Source: Verrucomicrobiota bacterium (GTDB lineage: Bacteria > Verrucomicrobiota > Verrucomicrobiia > Limisphaerales > AAA164-E04). From it: a stretch of DNA of 64,000 nt. Of this stretch, positions 50,613 to 61,762 are shown piece after piece (within the stretch, counting starts at the first letter, position 1; each line of letters starts with the position of its first letter). A program made the translations under genes and the position numbers. The notes under the pieces are model-generated. The model was not told where the DNA came from. It did no database searches and was given only the letters and a program-made list of their open reading frames with translations. The stretch covers positions 4,512,001-4,576,000 of the forward strand of contig CP170459.1 in assembly GCA_047947115.1 (NCBI GenBank). Reading direction: 5' to 3'.

Positions 50613-51578
50613 ATGAAATATCTTATTACAGGTGGAGCGGGTTTTATAGGATCGCACCTTGCGGAATCGCTACTGAAACAAAATCACGAAGTCACCGTTC
50701 TGGATGACTTTTCAACCGGTTCGCATGACAACATCGCCAACCTGGAAGGTCACCCGCATTTTCAGTTGGTCGTGGGTGATGTGCGGGACCGAAACGGAAC
50801 GAAAGAACTGGTTAAAAACGCGGACAAGGTATTTCACCTCGCCTCTGCGGTGGGGGTGAAACTCATCATCGATCACCCTATAAAAACCATCGAGAACATC
50901 CTGGAAGGAGCATCCTCGATTTTTTCGGCCTGTGCGCGTTACCGTAAACCGGTGCTGACGTCTTCCACTTCCGAAGCCTATGGAAAATCAACCCAACTAC
51001 CATTTTCAGAGGATCAGGATCTGTTGATCGGCGCGCCCAACAAAAAGCGGTGGGCCTATGCCTGCTCCAAGGTCATGGACGAATTCCTCGCATTTGCCTA
51101 TTGGCACGAACAGCGACTCCCGATCATCAACGTCCGACTCTTCAATACCGTGGGACCAAGACAAACGGGCCAGTATGGAATGGTCATCCCAACCCTTGTG
51201 CGACAGGCGCTGAAACAAAATGACCTGACCGTGTTTGGTGATGGTAGTCAAAAACGCTGTTTCTGCCATGTCAAAGACGTTTGCGCCACACTCATCCAAC
51301 TCATTGAAAAACCTTCCGCATTCGGTCAGTTGTTCAACATAGGAAGCGATGAGGAAACAACCATCCTGGGCCTTGCAAAGAAAATCATTGCACTTGCCAA
51401 GAGTCCTTCCACAGTGCGGTTCGTTCCTTATGAGGAAGTTTATGGGGAGGGATTTGATGACATGCAACGACGGGTTCCGGATCTGACAAAGATCAAGGAA
51501 GAGATTGGATTTAAGCCTTCATACAATCTGGACCAAATACTGACAGACGTCATCGGGCACGAAAAGAAGAACGTGTAA
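50613..51578 (+). CDS. NAD-dependent nucleotide-sugar epimerase/dehydratase
   Basis: TGGAGFIGSHL, STSE, YACSK, RLFNTVGPRQ. Confidence 0.92.
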   Translation: MKYLITGGAGFIGSHLAESLLKQNHEVTVLDDFSTGSHDNIANLEGHPHFQLVVGDVRDRNGTKELVKNADKVFHLASAVGVKLIIDHPIKTIENILEGASSIFSACARYRKPVLTSSTSEAYGKSTQLPFSEDQDLLIGAPNKKRWAYACSKVMDEFLAFAYWHEQRLPIINVRLFNTVGPRQTGQYGMVIPTLVRQALKQNDLTVFGDGSQKRCFCHVKDVCATLIQLIEKPSAFGQLFNIGSDEETTILGLAKKIIALAKSPSTVRFVPYEEVYGEGFDDMQRRVPDLTKIKEEIGFKPSYNLDQILTDVIGHEKKNV

Positions 51579-51634
51579 CTTGAATCGACGGAGTATCATC
51601 AATACAACCGCCGTCTCAAACAGTCCTTCGCCAA

Positions 51635-52804
51635 ATGCAAGCACCCATTCCCAGAAAAACCAAAGTCGCGTTTTTCAATTTCTTCCATGGTGGCGGAATT
51701 GGACAATACACCCATGAACTGCTGAAACGCCTGCATGAGCGACCAGAACTGAGCGTCCAACTGTATTGTCCTCCCAACTTTCAGTGGCTCAAAGAAGCAA
51801 ATTATCCGGTGCGCCCGGTCCTTTTCCAATTGTCATCGCCGTATCCTTTGATACGGCGACTCAGGTTCTTGTTGGCACAATACCTGAGTCCGACCCGATT
51901 TTTACGAGCAGCCAGTCGCGAAGGCACGAGCATTCTTCATTTCTGCAATATCAATCACTTGAGTTATCCCTTTTGGGCTGGAAAATTTGAGAATGCAGGA
52001 TTTCGCACCGTATGCACGGCCCATGATGTAAAGCGAGGCAAAGCCATCTTGTGTCGCTCGTTCGAAACGGGACAATTGAAGTCATTTTATAGGGACTGCC
52101 AACTCATTTTTATTCACAGCAAATCCCAAGCGAAAACCCTGAAACAATTCGCCAACGTTCCGGAAAGGGTGATTCGCAACGTACCTCTGGGCCCCTTCCG
52201 GTTCGGTCTGGAAGACAGTGGATCACTTCCATCAGCCTACGACGGCACAAAAAGCACCGGGCTGTTTTTTGGAAACATACGAGATGAAAAGAATCTGGAC
52301 GGATTGTTGGAAGCGCTTGCCCTCGCTCATCCGGACACACGCCTGGTGGTCGCGGGCAGACCGGCGGGAGCAGGTCACCGCCCCATTGAATATTACCAAC
52401 AACTTGCTGAAAAACTGAACATCAGTCACCGCATCGAATGGCACATACGCTTTGTGCCGGACGGTGAGGTGGCTGGCTTTTTCCGATCATGCGACTGGGT
52501 GGCCTTGCCCTATCTGCCTGAGTTCAGTTCGCAAAGTGCGGTTTTCAATTCCGCCACCCATTATCACAAACCCATCCTGGCGACTCCTGCGCCCTCATTT
52601 GACGAGTTGATGCACGAGTATCATATTGGAGCTTTGACAAAGGGTTTTTCTCCATCGCATATCGCTGAGGGCATGAATCGAATCGGCGAACAATGTAAAA
52701 ATTCAGATCAATTCGGATTTGGAGCCTACTTGAAAGAACATACATGGGAAAGAAACGCTGAACTCACGACAAAGGCATACCTCGATCTACCGGGAATTCG
52801 TTAG
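51635..52804 (+). CDS. Glycosyltransferase family 4
   Basis: FFGNIRDEKN, LPY..SQSAV. Confidence 0.85.
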   Translation: MQAPIPRKTKVAFFNFFHGGGIGQYTHELLKRLHERPELSVQLYCPPNFQWLKEANYPVRPVLFQLSSPYPLIRRLRFLLAQYLSPTRFLRAASREGTSILHFCNINHLSYPFWAGKFENAGFRTVCTAHDVKRGKAILCRSFETGQLKSFYRDCQLIFIHSKSQAKTLKQFANVPERVIRNVPLGPFRFGLEDSGSLPSAYDGTKSTGLFFGNIRDEKNLDGLLEALALAHPDTRLVVAGRPAGAGHRPIEYYQQLAEKLNISHRIEWHIRFVPDGEVAGFFRSCDWVALPYLPEFSSQSAVFNSATHYHKPILATPAPSFDELMHEYHIGALTKGFSPSHIAEGMNRIGEQCKNSDQFGFGAYLKEHTWERNAELTTKAYLDLPGIR

Positions 52805-52808
52805 CACC

Positions 52809-53963
52809 ATGAAAGTTGCCGTCATCACCCCCATCCCTACGCCTTATCGAGACGCATTCTGGAATCATTTTTGCCAGCAGCCCGATCTCTCTCTTCACGT
52901 CATCTATTGCGCAAAAGGCAAGGCTGATCGCCCATGGAAAAGTGATTGGACCAAGCATTATACTTATTGCTTCCCGAAAGGTTTCAATCTCCTTTCATGG
53001 AAATCCAAGGATTCATCACTGTTTTTCAACCCGGGTACATTGACGCATCTGAATCAATCAAAACCCGACGTGATTTTGGTGAATGGCTACAATCATCTCA
53101 CCATGTGGATGACCATGATATGGGCTTTCATCAGGAAAACCCCCTTTCTGCTCATGTCGGAGACCAGAGGGCTACGTCCGGGCAGGAAAAAGGATCCCTT
53201 ACTCAAGGCTCTCCTTCTAAAATGGCTCGCAAAGCACTCATCAGGAGCTTTACCGACGGGCCAACAGGCTGAAAGCTATTTGTTGGATCACGGATGGAAC
53301 AAAGCATCACTGTTTCGCTTTCCAAATGTACCGGACATTGATTTTTTGATTTCGAAGGTGCATGAATTGAAACACCAAACCATGGAATTGCGGAGTAAGT
53401 GGAACATCAAAGAAGAGAAATTGGTTTTATGCGTAGGCCGTCTGATCAGGAAAAAACATGTGAACACAATCATTCAGGCTTTTTCGGAAATGGAGGTGCC
53501 CTTTCCTGTCAAGCTGATCGTTGCGGGAGATGGAGATCAACAACAATCATTAAAGGATCAATGCCAACGACTTGGAATAACGGATCGGGTCAGGTTTGTT
53601 GGTTTCCTGGAACCGGAAGAGATCCTGGAATGGCTGGCACTATCCGATCTGTTTGCCCTGGCTTCCAATGAAACATGGGGAGTGGCTCCTATTGAAGCCG
53701 CCGCCGCAGGAGCGCCCTTGCTGCTTTCCTGCGAGATAGGATCAGCCAACGAGCTGGCAGACATCTATCCCCAAACAAAGGTCATTGCAAGCAGGGATGC
53801 TAAAACCTGGAGTCAAGCCATCAAGGATTGCTTAATCAATCATGTTAAAAAGCATCCTAAAACTGCCGATAATAGCAGGATGTATCATTGGCATTTTGAT
53901 TCGTTGTCTCAAGGACTTTACAGGCACCTGAAACCGTTGATCGAGGTGTCATCATCGTGTTGA
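52809..53963 (+). CDS. Glycosyltransferase family 4
   Basis: PTPYR, VGRLIRKK, ETWGVAPIEA. Confidence 0.88.
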   Translation: MKVAVITPIPTPYRDAFWNHFCQQPDLSLHVIYCAKGKADRPWKSDWTKHYTYCFPKGFNLLSWKSKDSSLFFNPGTLTHLNQSKPDVILVNGYNHLTMWMTMIWAFIRKTPFLLMSETRGLRPGRKKDPLLKALLLKWLAKHSSGALPTGQQAESYLLDHGWNKASLFRFPNVPDIDFLISKVHELKHQTMELRSKWNIKEEKLVLCVGRLIRKKHVNTIIQAFSEMEVPFPVKLIVAGDGDQQQSLKDQCQRLGITDRVRFVGFLEPEEILEWLALSDLFALASNETWGVAPIEAAAAGAPLLLSCEIGSANELADIYPQTKVIASRDAKTWSQAIKDCLINHVKKHPKTADNSRMYHWHFDSLSQGLYRHLKPLIEVSSSC

Positions 53964-53980
53964 CTCGAGTATTTTAAGAT

Positions 53981-55252
53981 TTGAAACAGACAAATAAAAT
54001 TTGGTATCTGCTGGCTAGCTTCATCGTCATTGCGCCACTTTCCACGAGTTCCGATGCTTCAACGGCGATGAAAATGGCGCGAGCGGGCATTTCGCTTCTG
54101 GGATTCATTTTTTGTTATCAGACCAATCTGATTCAGCGGCTGAATCCCATAGCTAAATCCCTGTGGTCGTTCGCACTCCTTTTTGCGATATCGGCGCTTT
54201 GGAGTGATAAAATCGCCTGGGGATTGTTTAACAAAGGCCTGTTTTTACTAACGGCTACTCTGGGATTTGGTTCGGTCTATTCAGTCACATCAACGGAAGA
54301 TTTGCTGAAAAGACTGCGTCTTCTGGGTTTTGTTGCGGCATTTTCATCTCTCGGGCTTTTATATATGGTGGCAACGGCCCCTGCTGAAGAATTGGGAGGA
54401 AAACGACTCACAATTGGCGGCATGAACGCGAACATCATCGGAGCTTCTGCGGCTCCTCTTTTTTTGTTGTGCCTGTTCTTACTTTTGCGGCATCAAAAAA
54501 TGTTACACAGAGGCATCCATTTCTCAACTGCGATTGTCCTGCTGAGCATTATCATGGCCACAGGCAGCAGAGGGTCGTTCATGATGGTTGCTCTGGGATC
54601 CATTTTTATCATGCGTCCTGTCCTGAAGAAAAACATGTTCATGGCAACCTTCATCATTCTGATTCCAGTTGTTGTGTATTATCTATTCACCAAGACTTTA
54701 TCGGGCTCTCAAGCCCCTACAACGAGCGGGTTTGAACGCATCACTTCGACAGAGGATGGAACTCGATCAGCAGACACTCGAGCCCCTATTTGGGATTGGG
54801 CCATGAAACGATTCAAAAAATCCCCTGTTATTGGAGTGGGCTGGATACACTTTGGAAACAATTCAGCAAATGTACATAGTGTTTATATTCTCATTCTGGC
54901 AGAGTGTGGTTTGATAGGAGCCTTGCTCTTCTTCCTTGTCCTGATCAAACTTCCCAGCACTTTTTTAAGTCATTTGCAGATAACCGAAGATCACAGTGAT
55001 TCCTATGACCTGACCTTTTTTGCTGGGGGAGTGTTGGCGGCTCATCTGCTTCATGGAATGGTTGAGTCTTCAACGTTGTTTGGTTCTACGGTCAACTGCC
55101 TCTTTTTCGGTCTTGGGATAGGCATTCTTGATCGAGTTCTGGAACTTGATTCCTCACAGCCGGTTCTCGAAGAAAAACAAGAAAACCTGCACCCCTGGGC
55201 CTTCCAAAGGCAATTCCGCAATCGTCCTTCCAACACAAACGCTTCCACATGA
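53981..55252 (+). CDS. O-antigen ligase/polymerase (Wzy_C-like) membrane protein
   Basis: Many TM segments; TGSRG, R..IW, P..GVG, HSVY..LAE.G. Confidence 0.85.
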   Translation: MKQTNKIWYLLASFIVIAPLSTSSDASTAMKMARAGISLLGFIFCYQTNLIQRLNPIAKSLWSFALLFAISALWSDKIAWGLFNKGLFLLTATLGFGSVYSVTSTEDLLKRLRLLGFVAAFSSLGLLYMVATAPAEELGGKRLTIGGMNANIIGASAAPLFLLCLFLLLRHQKMLHRGIHFSTAIVLLSIIMATGSRGSFMMVALGSIFIMRPVLKKNMFMATFIILIPVVVYYLFTKTLSGSQAPTTSGFERITSTEDGTRSADTRAPIWDWAMKRFKKSPVIGVGWIHFGNNSANVHSVYILILAECGLIGALLFFLVLIKLPSTFLSHLQITEDHSDSYDLTFFAGGVLAAHLLHGMVESSTLFGSTVNCLFFGLGIGILDRVLELDSSQPVLEEKQENLHPWAFQRQFRNRPSNTNAST

Positions 55253-56454
55253 GAGTGCTTCACATCATCCACAGCGTTGACTTAAAGTCGGGGGGGCCTA
55301 GTCACGCATTGTTTTCATTGGTCAAATCCCAGGTGAAACTTGGTCTGGAAACTCATATATTCTGCACCGATCGTCAGGCCAGCGCGCACTGGGAACCAAG
55401 AGATTCTTTTTTAAATCAGGTTCAGTCCCTTTTGCCGGATGAAATCGGATCCTTGACCATGCTTCCAGCCATTGGCAAAAAGCGTCCATGGCTCCGTTAT
55501 GGATTCTCTTTTCAATGCAACAGTTCCTTACGTTCCTTTATGGAAGCACCTGCGACCCGACCTGATTTTGTGCATATTCATGGGCTTTTCAGCCAGATCA
55601 CTTCGGTTGCTGCTAAGTTGAGTCTTGAAAACAACATCCCACATGCCATTCGACTGACCGGGGCCCTGGATGATGTTCCATTATCTTTGGGGAACAGTTT
55701 CCTGAAGAAGTGTCATGTCCGCCTTAGCACCGTACCTGCGCTAAAACAAGCCTCGTTCGTACACACAACTTCCGAATCGGAAGCGGAGACGGCTTCAAAA
55801 TATGTGTCAAGAAGTCAGGTCAGGATCATTCCACTGGGGATCGAAATCCCAACCATCGATATCAACGAAGCAACGAGTGCCTTTCAAGAATCCTTTCCAC
55901 AGTTAAAGAACAAACCCTTTCTGTTGTGCTTGTCCCGCATTCATCCCAAAAAAAATCTGGAACTCACCATCAAAGCTTTCCACTGTTTTGCGGAGACCCA
56001 TCCGGACACTCACTTGGTCATTGCGGGTGAACACAACAGCTATCAGGAAAAACTTGCCCGATTAGCCAAGGATCTTGGTGTTGAGGAAAAGGTGCATTTT
56101 GTGGGTTTTCTAAAACAATCACTCAAATCGGGCGCCCTTTTTTCCGCATCGTCTTTCCTGCAGACTTCGATTCATGAAAATTTCGGGATTTCCATTTTGG
56201 AATCCATGGCCCATGGGCTGAAAGCCGTGGCCACACCGGGTGTGGCATCTGCCAAGTATTTAAAACCTGCGGATGCGGGATTGATCTCTGAGGAAAGACC
56301 TGAAGCTCTGGCTGAGGCCATACAGCAGGTGATGGCCCGAGGCGATTCCTCACGCAATGAATCGGTGCAATCATGGGTTCAGAAGAATATGTCCTGGGAT
56401 TCCATCGCAAAAATTCTTGAAGGCGTCTACAGCGAATATAGCAATGCCAGTTAG
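55249..56454 (+). CDS. Glycosyltransferase family 4
   Basis: GGPS, LSRIHPKKN, ENFGISILESMA. Confidence 0.9.
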   Translation: MRVLHIIHSVDLKSGGPSHALFSLVKSQVKLGLETHIFCTDRQASAHWEPRDSFLNQVQSLLPDEIGSLTMLPAIGKKRPWLRYGFSFQCNSSLRSFMEAPATRPDFVHIHGLFSQITSVAAKLSLENNIPHAIRLTGALDDVPLSLGNSFLKKCHVRLSTVPALKQASFVHTTSESEAETASKYVSRSQVRIIPLGIEIPTIDINEATSAFQESFPQLKNKPFLLCLSRIHPKKNLELTIKAFHCFAETHPDTHLVIAGEHNSYQEKLARLAKDLGVEEKVHFVGFLKQSLKSGALFSASSFLQTSIHENFGISILESMAHGLKAVATPGVASAKYLKPADAGLISEERPEALAEAIQQVMARGDSSRNESVQSWVQKNMSWDSIAKILEGVYSEYSNAS

Positions 56455-56495
56455 ACAAGAGCCCTTCACAAGCTCCATCCCCACTAATTCTTAGC

Positions 56496-57338
56496 ATGGA
56501 TATCACGGTCATCATCGCCGCCAAAAACGAGGAAGAAAACCTTCCAGAATGTCTGGATAGTGTGCGCTGGGCAAAACAGGTGTTGGTAGTTGATTCCGGA
56601 AGTACGGACGGAACCGAACGCATCACAAGGGAATACGGTGCCGAATACCATTTATTCCAATATGATGGCAAGTGGCCCAAAAAACGGAATTGGGCACTCA
56701 CGTCTGGTCTCGTGACTCAACCCTGGGTGTTGATATTGGATGCGGATGAACGTGTTTCGGACGCCCTAAAATCAGCCATGGAACTCGCCATCACCCGTAA
56801 GGACATCGACGGCTATTATCTGAAATGGAAATTCATGTTTCTCGGGCAGTGGATGAAACATTCCTGGAGTCATGGATGGATGCTGCGCCTATTCCGTCAT
56901 GGCAAGGGGGAGTATGAAAATCTGAACATGACCAACGAAGGCGGCTGGGATGCCGAAGTTCACGAGAATGTGGTGGTGGTGGGACCTTGTGCCAGGTTGG
57001 AACCGCTGCTCGATCATGATTCAAACAGTAGTCTTACCTACTGGATCAAGAAGCAAAACGAGTTTTCCACCTGGAATGCCGAACGAAGACGTCAACAATT
57101 GCGCCAGCCTGTCCCATCACTCGGTCATTTATTCTCAGGAGATCCCGTGAAGATTCGCAAATGGATGAAAAGCGTTTTCATCAGACTACCCGGCAAACCC
57201 TTATTGATGTTTCTTTGGCTCTACGTGATCAAAATGGGATTTATGGACGGACAGGCTGGATTTTATTTCTGTTGCCTGCGAGCCAGCCACGAACTGAACA
57301 TATGTGCCAAGTTGTTTGAAATGAAAAACGAGCATTGA
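56496..57338 (+). CDS. Glycosyltransferase family 2
   Basis: KNEEENL, VDSGSTD, LDADE, VHE. Confidence 0.92.
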   Translation: MDITVIIAAKNEEENLPECLDSVRWAKQVLVVDSGSTDGTERITREYGAEYHLFQYDGKWPKKRNWALTSGLVTQPWVLILDADERVSDALKSAMELAITRKDIDGYYLKWKFMFLGQWMKHSWSHGWMLRLFRHGKGEYENLNMTNEGGWDAEVHENVVVVGPCARLEPLLDHDSNSSLTYWIKKQNEFSTWNAERRRQQLRQPVPSLGHLFSGDPVKIRKWMKSVFIRLPGKPLLMFLWLYVIKMGFMDGQAGFYFCCLRASHELNICAKLFEMKNEH

Positions 57339-57360
57339 TGGAACCTGTAAGAGAGAACCA

Positions 57361-59010
57361 ATGAATCGTTATTTCCATACTCTAAAAAGATTGAAGTGGG
57401 AACAGGTTCTTTACCGGCTCAAATACAGGTTCCAACGCTGGACCCAACCTAAATCGCACGTGTCCGGCAAGATCAAACCACCTCCCCCCGGAACCTTTCA
57501 GGCGCTTCAAGCATACCAGGACTCGCTCGAGTGCGCTTTTGATGCTTCCAAACTGAAGCAAGGATGGTTCGAATTCATTCAAATTACAGAATCAACAAGT
57601 TTTCCACCTCGATGGGATTTCCCGTCGAAATACAAGCTATGGAGATATCAACTTCATTATTTCGACTGGATATGGGCTCTGGATTTTGAGGCGGCAAGGT
57701 GTTGTGTTCAGGATTGGATCCAACACTACCATTACAAATCGACCCGGGATGGATGGGAAGCCTACCCGACATCGTTGCGGCTCATCAATTGGAGCATGTT
57801 CTTTTTCGTGAAACACGCAGACCAGGTGCATCAGATGCCGTCATTTCAATCCGAACTATTGACCAGCATTCAAGTCCAGACAAACTGGCTCGAAACACGT
57901 TTGGAATATCATTTGATGGCAAACCATCTGTTTGAGAATGCGGCTGCATTGACACTGCTTGGCTGCCTGCTCGATGGCGACGATCCAGAACGATGGCAAA
58001 CCGGAGGACTCAAACTGCTGTTGCGTGAAATCAGGGAACAGGTACTTCCCGATGGCGGACATTACGAACGCTCTCCCATGTACCACCTGAGAATCCTGCA
58101 CATCCTGAAGTATATCGAATTAGCTCACGAAGGGATACCTGTTCCAATGATCGTCACTCAATCTGTCTCATCGACCAATGATGCATTCGGACTGATGTGC
58201 CATCCCGACCATAACATCGCCTTGTTCAACGATGCCGCTTTCGGCGTCTATCCCCTGCCCTTGGTCGACGAATCATTGAATGAACAATGTAACGGTGGTT
58301 GGCAATTGAAGCACTCCGGTTATTACGGATACAAGAATTGCCAGGGGGATTATGTCATTGTCGATGCAGGCGAGCTGGGGCCGGGTTATAATCCCGGCCA
58401 TGCCCATGCGGATATTTTTTCCTACGAACTCAGCTACGGTCATGAGCGACTCATCGTGGATTCAGGAAATTTTGATTATGAACCTGGCAGCATGCGCTCT
58501 TACTGCCGGTCTACGAAGGCGCATAACACCGTAGAAATTGACGATCAGGATCAGTGCCACCTATGGGGAACGTTTCGCGTTGCCGAAAGCGCATCGCCGC
58601 AGGATGTGAAGTTTCAAAAGTCGGACAACGGATTTGAACTCAGTGCCTGGCATGACGGCTACCAACGTTTCAAAGCCCGTGCCATTCACCAACGGAATAT
58701 TCAATTTACGGAATCGAACGGTTTGGTCGTAAAGGACCGCATCAGCGGGCGACTGCCAGTCAAAGCGGTATCACGCATTCACTTTCATCCAGACTGCAAA
58801 ATCAAATGGCTGACGGACAACTCCATTGAGATTTCAAAAGGAGCGGTCGCCTGCCAGATTCATTGGAAAACCAAAGCGAGGGCGTCGTTGGTAGATAGTT
58901 ATTATTGTCCGCGATTTAATGAATCGTTCCGCAATCAATGCCTCGCGTTGGAAAATTCCGGAAAGGCGATCAACATTGACTACACCATCGGGCCAAGGAT
59001 GAAGCGGTGA
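57361..59010 (+). CDS. Heparinase II/III-family protein
   Basis: ANHLFEN, DGGHYERSPMYH, GHAHAD, RSTKAHNT. Confidence 0.88.
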   Translation: MNRYFHTLKRLKWEQVLYRLKYRFQRWTQPKSHVSGKIKPPPPGTFQALQAYQDSLECAFDASKLKQGWFEFIQITESTSFPPRWDFPSKYKLWRYQLHYFDWIWALDFEAARCCVQDWIQHYHYKSTRDGWEAYPTSLRLINWSMFFFVKHADQVHQMPSFQSELLTSIQVQTNWLETRLEYHLMANHLFENAAALTLLGCLLDGDDPERWQTGGLKLLLREIREQVLPDGGHYERSPMYHLRILHILKYIELAHEGIPVPMIVTQSVSSTNDAFGLMCHPDHNIALFNDAAFGVYPLPLVDESLNEQCNGGWQLKHSGYYGYKNCQGDYVIVDAGELGPGYNPGHAHADIFSYELSYGHERLIVDSGNFDYEPGSMRSYCRSTKAHNTVEIDDQDQCHLWGTFRVAESASPQDVKFQKSDNGFELSAWHDGYQRFKARAIHQRNIQFTESNGLVVKDRISGRLPVKAVSRIHFHPDCKIKWLTDNSIEISKGAVACQIHWKTKARASLVDSYYCPRFNESFRNQCLALENSGKAINIDYTIGPRMKR

Positions 59011-60218
59011 ATATTCTTTTCCTATCTCACTACTATCCCCCTGAAGGAAACGCACCCGCGACTCGCACTTTCGAGCATACCCGTCGTTGGGCGGCTCAAG
59101 GGCATCAGGTCACCGTATTGACCTGCGCCCCCAATGTCCCACATGGAGACATCTATGAAGGTTATCGGAATGCCCTGTACCAGTGGGAAACCATTTCAAA
59201 GGTGAAAGTTTTGCGGGTCTGGACCTATCTGGCGGCCAACAAGGGAACCGGCAGGCGGTCATTCAACTACCTTTCCTATTGTATTTCAGCATTCTTGGCC
59301 GGCCTTTTATTACCGAAACCCGACGTGATCATTGCAACCACACCTCAGTTTTTCTGCGCCTGTGCCGGGGCGATGCTTTCCAAGGCAAGGAACATTCCCT
59401 TCTTGCTAGAGGTCAGGGACATCTGGCCGGATTCCATCATTGCGGTCAATGCGATCCGAAACAAAAGCATTTTAAAACTGATGTTTTGGATGGAACAACG
59501 GCTCTACCGATCGGCAGCCCACCTTGTAACGGTGGGCAGGGGTTACTTTGATGTGCTCAGAAGCAAAGGTGTGGCGGCGGACAGAATGAGCGTCATTCCG
59601 AACGGAGCAAACTTGGAACAGTTCCAGGTTTCTGAAACAAAAATTCACTCAATGCCCTACAAATGTTCGTTCATTGGCACGATCGGGATGGCAGCCAAGC
59701 TGGACGTCGTCATTGAGGCCGCCCAACGTCTCGATGAAATGGGGGAAAGGGATATCCAATTTGAACTGGTGGGCGATGGTGCAGACCTTGAGCGACTCAG
59801 GCAAAAGGCGAAAGAAGCGGGCGTGACCAGAATCTCGTTCACCGGTTTGGTCACCAAGCAGGAAGTATTGAGCCATTTGAACCGCACGAATGTTTGCCTC
59901 GTTCATCTGAAGCGGTCGGATTTGTTCAAAACCGTGCTCCCTTCAAAAATGTTCGAAGCCATGGCTTCCGGAACACCCATTCTCCTGGGTGTGCAAGGTG
60001 TCTCCGCGGACTTGATACAATCCGTGGGATGCGGGCTGACATTTCACCCAGAAGATCCGGTTGATCTCTGCGACAAGTTGATCCAGCTGAAAAACGACCC
60101 CCAGTCCACCCAAAACATGGGAAAAGCTGGGCGGGCTCATGTCGAACGTTTCTATGACAGGGATCAACTTGCTCAAGACTATCTGGAACTGATATCTGAT
60201 CTGATGATTCGAAATTGA
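59007..60218 (+). CDS. Glycosyltransferase family 4 (WbuB-like)
   Basis: YYPPE, EVRDIWP, PSKMFEAMASG. Confidence 0.9.
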   Translation: MNILFLSHYYPPEGNAPATRTFEHTRRWAAQGHQVTVLTCAPNVPHGDIYEGYRNALYQWETISKVKVLRVWTYLAANKGTGRRSFNYLSYCISAFLAGLLLPKPDVIIATTPQFFCACAGAMLSKARNIPFLLEVRDIWPDSIIAVNAIRNKSILKLMFWMEQRLYRSAAHLVTVGRGYFDVLRSKGVAADRMSVIPNGANLEQFQVSETKIHSMPYKCSFIGTIGMAAKLDVVIEAAQRLDEMGERDIQFELVGDGADLERLRQKAKEAGVTRISFTGLVTKQEVLSHLNRTNVCLVHLKRSDLFKTVLPSKMFEAMASGTPILLGVQGVSADLIQSVGCGLTFHPEDPVDLCDKLIQLKNDPQSTQNMGKAGRAHVERFYDRDQLAQDYLELISDLMIRN

Positions 60219-60271
60219 TAGTGATCCATTCTCATTTCCACACAGATCCGTCCCCGAACCAATAAAGCTTA

Positions 60272-61729
60272 ATGAGATTTAGCTCCTTCATCCTGTTCGT
60301 CGAAGCTATGGTGTTGTGCCTGTTTCTGACACCTTTGGTCAGAGCCATCGGTATTCGATTCGGGGTCATTGACCAACCGGACCAGTATCGCAAACTCCAC
60401 AAGAAACCTGTGGCACGGTGTGGAGGCATCAGCGTATTCCTCAGTTTTCTCATTCCCATTTGCCTGTTTATCTTTTTCGTTCAAAAAGACAGCATCCTCA
60501 ATCCAGATGACTACTATCGTGTATGGATCATCGTCATCGGGGGGGCCACTTCTGTATTGATGGGATTGGCGGACGACATCTGGGATTTACGCGCACGATG
60601 GAAACTTGTTTTTCAGTTCCTGATCGCCACCATGGCGTACTCGGGGGATTTGAGGATTGATAGTTTGTCAAATCCATTTGGAGGCACAATCTTCCTCGGG
60701 CCCTTCGGTTTTCCTGTCACGGTTTTCTGGTTCATGCTCTGTATGAATGCGATCAACCTCTTCGACGGTCTGGATGGCCTTGCTGCAGGGATTTCATTGT
60801 TCGTGAGTCTGACTCTGCTGGCTGTCAGCATGATTTTGAGGAATGATATTGGAATATTCGTCAGTTTATGCCTCTCAGGGGCTGTTTTGGGATTCCTTGT
60901 TTTCAATTTCAATCCGGCTTCAATTTTCCTGGGCGACTCGGGAAGCATGTTTCTGGGTTTTTCCATTGCAGCACTTAGTGTGATTTCAAGCGCCAAAACA
61001 GAAACAGTCACAGCCTTGTTCGTCCCGGCCATAACTCTGTTACTTCCTTTCTTTGACCTGGCAAGCGCTGCCCTGCGACGCTGGTCCAAATACCTCCCCA
61101 TCACAATGCCGGATGGAAAGCACCTTCACCACCGAATCATGTCATATGGATTCAGTGCGCGCAGAACGGTGGTCATTCTATACGGTGCCTGTATCCTACT
61201 CTGTGCTGGAGCCATTTTGTTACTGATATCATCACGCAGTACCACAAACTCCCTTATCCTGATAGGCATCGCTCTGATGTTTATCTTTGGGAATCAGGTT
61301 TTCAAAGTATTCGATGTCACTGAGGTCAAAGAAAGGATTTCACACGATCACAAACTGCACAGTTGGAGCAAACAAATGGCCATCAAGACAGCAACCGCCA
61401 CCACAAGCGCAAGGATGCAAAAAGATTTTGACGCCGCTTGGGACCACATTTCCACACTTTTTCCGGAATTTGAACTAAACCAAGTTTCCATTATTGACCA
61501 GAAGGCCCCCCCCATAGTCATTAAAGCTTGGAAGTCGGAGGAAATATCTCACAAGATTCATCAAAACGGAAAATCGAACCCTTCATGGTCGGTCAAATTT
61601 CCAGTGAAAACCAAGGATCCGAATCTTAAGTATGTCATGAAAGTCGCCGGTAGTGGCTCCATCCTGAGGATGAAAGCAGCCTTGTCGTTGTTGGAAACTC
61701 TCAAATCGAGCTTGGATGACCTGAAATAG
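60272..61729 (+). CDS. MraY/WecA-family polyprenyl-phosphate HexNAc-1-P transferase
   Basis: GLADD, NAINLFDGLDGLA, FLGDSGS, HLHH. Confidence 0.92.
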   Translation: MRFSSFILFVEAMVLCLFLTPLVRAIGIRFGVIDQPDQYRKLHKKPVARCGGISVFLSFLIPICLFIFFVQKDSILNPDDYYRVWIIVIGGATSVLMGLADDIWDLRARWKLVFQFLIATMAYSGDLRIDSLSNPFGGTIFLGPFGFPVTVFWFMLCMNAINLFDGLDGLAAGISLFVSLTLLAVSMILRNDIGIFVSLCLSGAVLGFLVFNFNPASIFLGDSGSMFLGFSIAALSVISSAKTETVTALFVPAITLLLPFFDLASAALRRWSKYLPITMPDGKHLHHRIMSYGFSARRTVVILYGACILLCAGAILLLISSRSTTNSLILIGIALMFIFGNQVFKVFDVTEVKERISHDHKLHSWSKQMAIKTATATTSARMQKDFDAAWDHISTLFPEFELNQVSIIDQKAPPIVIKAWKSEEISHKIHQNGKSNPSWSVKFPVKTKDPNLKYVMKVAGSGSILRMKAALSLLETLKSSLDDLK

Positions 61730-61762
61730 AACTATCTGTAACGCCTGTTATAACAGCTACTT

